Assembly (NCBI RefSeq): GCF_016097555.1
Contig: NC_054701.1
Coordinates: 67,288,366-67,352,365, forward strand
DNA: 64,000 nucleotides
Direction: 5' to 3'
Source of the DNA: Gigantopelta aegis
Taxonomy: Eukaryota
Shown here: in pieces, positions 62,823 to 64,000 of the stretch
Numbering within the stretch: the stretch's first letter is position 1
Layout: each line of letters opens with the position of its first letter
Translations under genes and position numbers: made by a program
Notes under the pieces: generated by a model
Databases searched by the model: none
Seen by the model: only the letters and a program-made list of their open reading frames with translations
What the model was told of the DNA's origin: nothing

Positions 62823-64000
62823 ACAATGGAATCGGACATTGTCTGTGTTGCATACAATAATTATCAAAATGATATCTACCCAACATTATGTGCAATAAAA
62901 GTTTTAAAGACATGTACAATGACCAACATATTTATAAAATGATGAACACAATGAACAAACACAACAGCAGCTTCATATGTTTATAGAATAAAATATCACA
63001 GTTTAACAATTCAAAAAGGACTAAAATCCCCAAACTGGAGAAGGAATTAAATTTATAACGAGACTGTCCTGAGTTTGATGCCATTGTTAAGATGTTGCGA
63101 CTAACAGGGACTTTTAAAATGGTTCAGAATACCATTTTCTATATATCAATTATGTTTATTCTTGCCCTATTGTTTGTAGTCACTCAAACTTAAAAAATTT
63201 TTCAAGAAACAAATTGAATGAACATATTTATTACCCATATGGTTAAAAATATCTTGGTACATATCAAAGTGAGATAAGTGGTACAAAATAATAAATTAAG
63301 ATAAATTATGGGTAATAAATAGGATATTAAACTTGTTACCATTTTTTATCATGTTTATTTCCCTCATGAAATAATTTTTATTGTCACTTGCTAAAGCTCA
63401 CGACAATTGAAAATTCATTTCACTCTGGACATAAACATGATACAAAACAGTAGCCTTGCTCGTTTAATACCTTATAAATATAGACACTGATATTCTAAAC
63501 AAAAAAGTATATTTAATATGCAATTTTAGTCATTAAAAAGGCTCTGTTAGTCGGAAATACGTTACAGTGTCGGCAAACGCAGAAGTCTTTTAATGGCTTG
63601 GATTCAAACCCTGTATTACTTCTTCACTGGGTTACTTCCCTTTGAATACTATAATGGAAATGTAGAACAAGTTTACCAACAAAAAATAACAGTTTACAAT
63701 GATAATTATTACATGTATTGCAAGTTCTGTAGTATTCTAGAGCTGCTGACCCTGATAATGATAGGGCATTGTAAAAAGAACAAAAACCTAACATTTACGG
63801 CTTTTCAATATTGCAGCTTTTTTGTCACTAATTTATACAATATTTATGACATTTTGCTAAAAAAAATCAATTCTGACAGAGACAATGTTTTGGATCATCT
63901 TGGTTCATGATTGAAGATTTGTAGTAGTGCAAAATTAATTATATAAGAAACAAAAACAATATATCTCTAAAACTCAGGTCAGCAAAATAAATTAAAATTA

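Overview
This is AT-rich eukaryotic nuclear DNA, clearly metazoan and probably from a mollusc or other lophotrochozoan (low confidence on taxon). It carries multi-exon genes with GT-AG introns and a very dense load of tRNA-derived SINEs, MITEs, satellites and microsatellites. It is not prokaryotic. I find no CRISPR array, operon or defence system.

Two protein-coding genes are supported from the sequence itself. (1) Argininosuccinate lyase (ASL) on the + strand: 15 coding exons from about 36227 to 54452, with the stop codon in the window. The exon translations match the conserved ASL sequence over nearly its full length, including the RSRNDQV signature. One exon carries an apparent +1 frameshift. 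(2) An RNF34/RFFL-type (CARP) E3 ubiquitin ligase on the - strand. Its exons are a putative first coding exon at 14962-15099, a FYVE-like zinc-finger exon at 12662-12793, a first SAP-like exon at about 9414-9611, a second SAP-like exon at 2265-2460, and the start of the RING exon at 1-94, which runs off the window edge.

The rest of the window is repeat landscape. There are more than 20 SINE copies in three families that share a tRNA-like head but carry alternative 3' modules. There are several MITE families, one of them with TTAA ends (piggyBac-like). There is a 146-bp satellite array, a 96-bp tandem array, a 2-kb segmental duplication, an interstitial telomere-like repeat inside a foldback, and a (CT)n microsatellite of about 1.1 kb with an internal 441-bp duplication in an ASL intron.

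The most unusual object is a GC-rich insertion of about 1.5 kb at 26296-27824, flanked by an 11-bp direct repeat, carrying a proline-rich open frame of up to 289 aa of unknown affinity.

Most six-frame ORFs in the supplied track are translation artefacts of SINEs or simple repeats.
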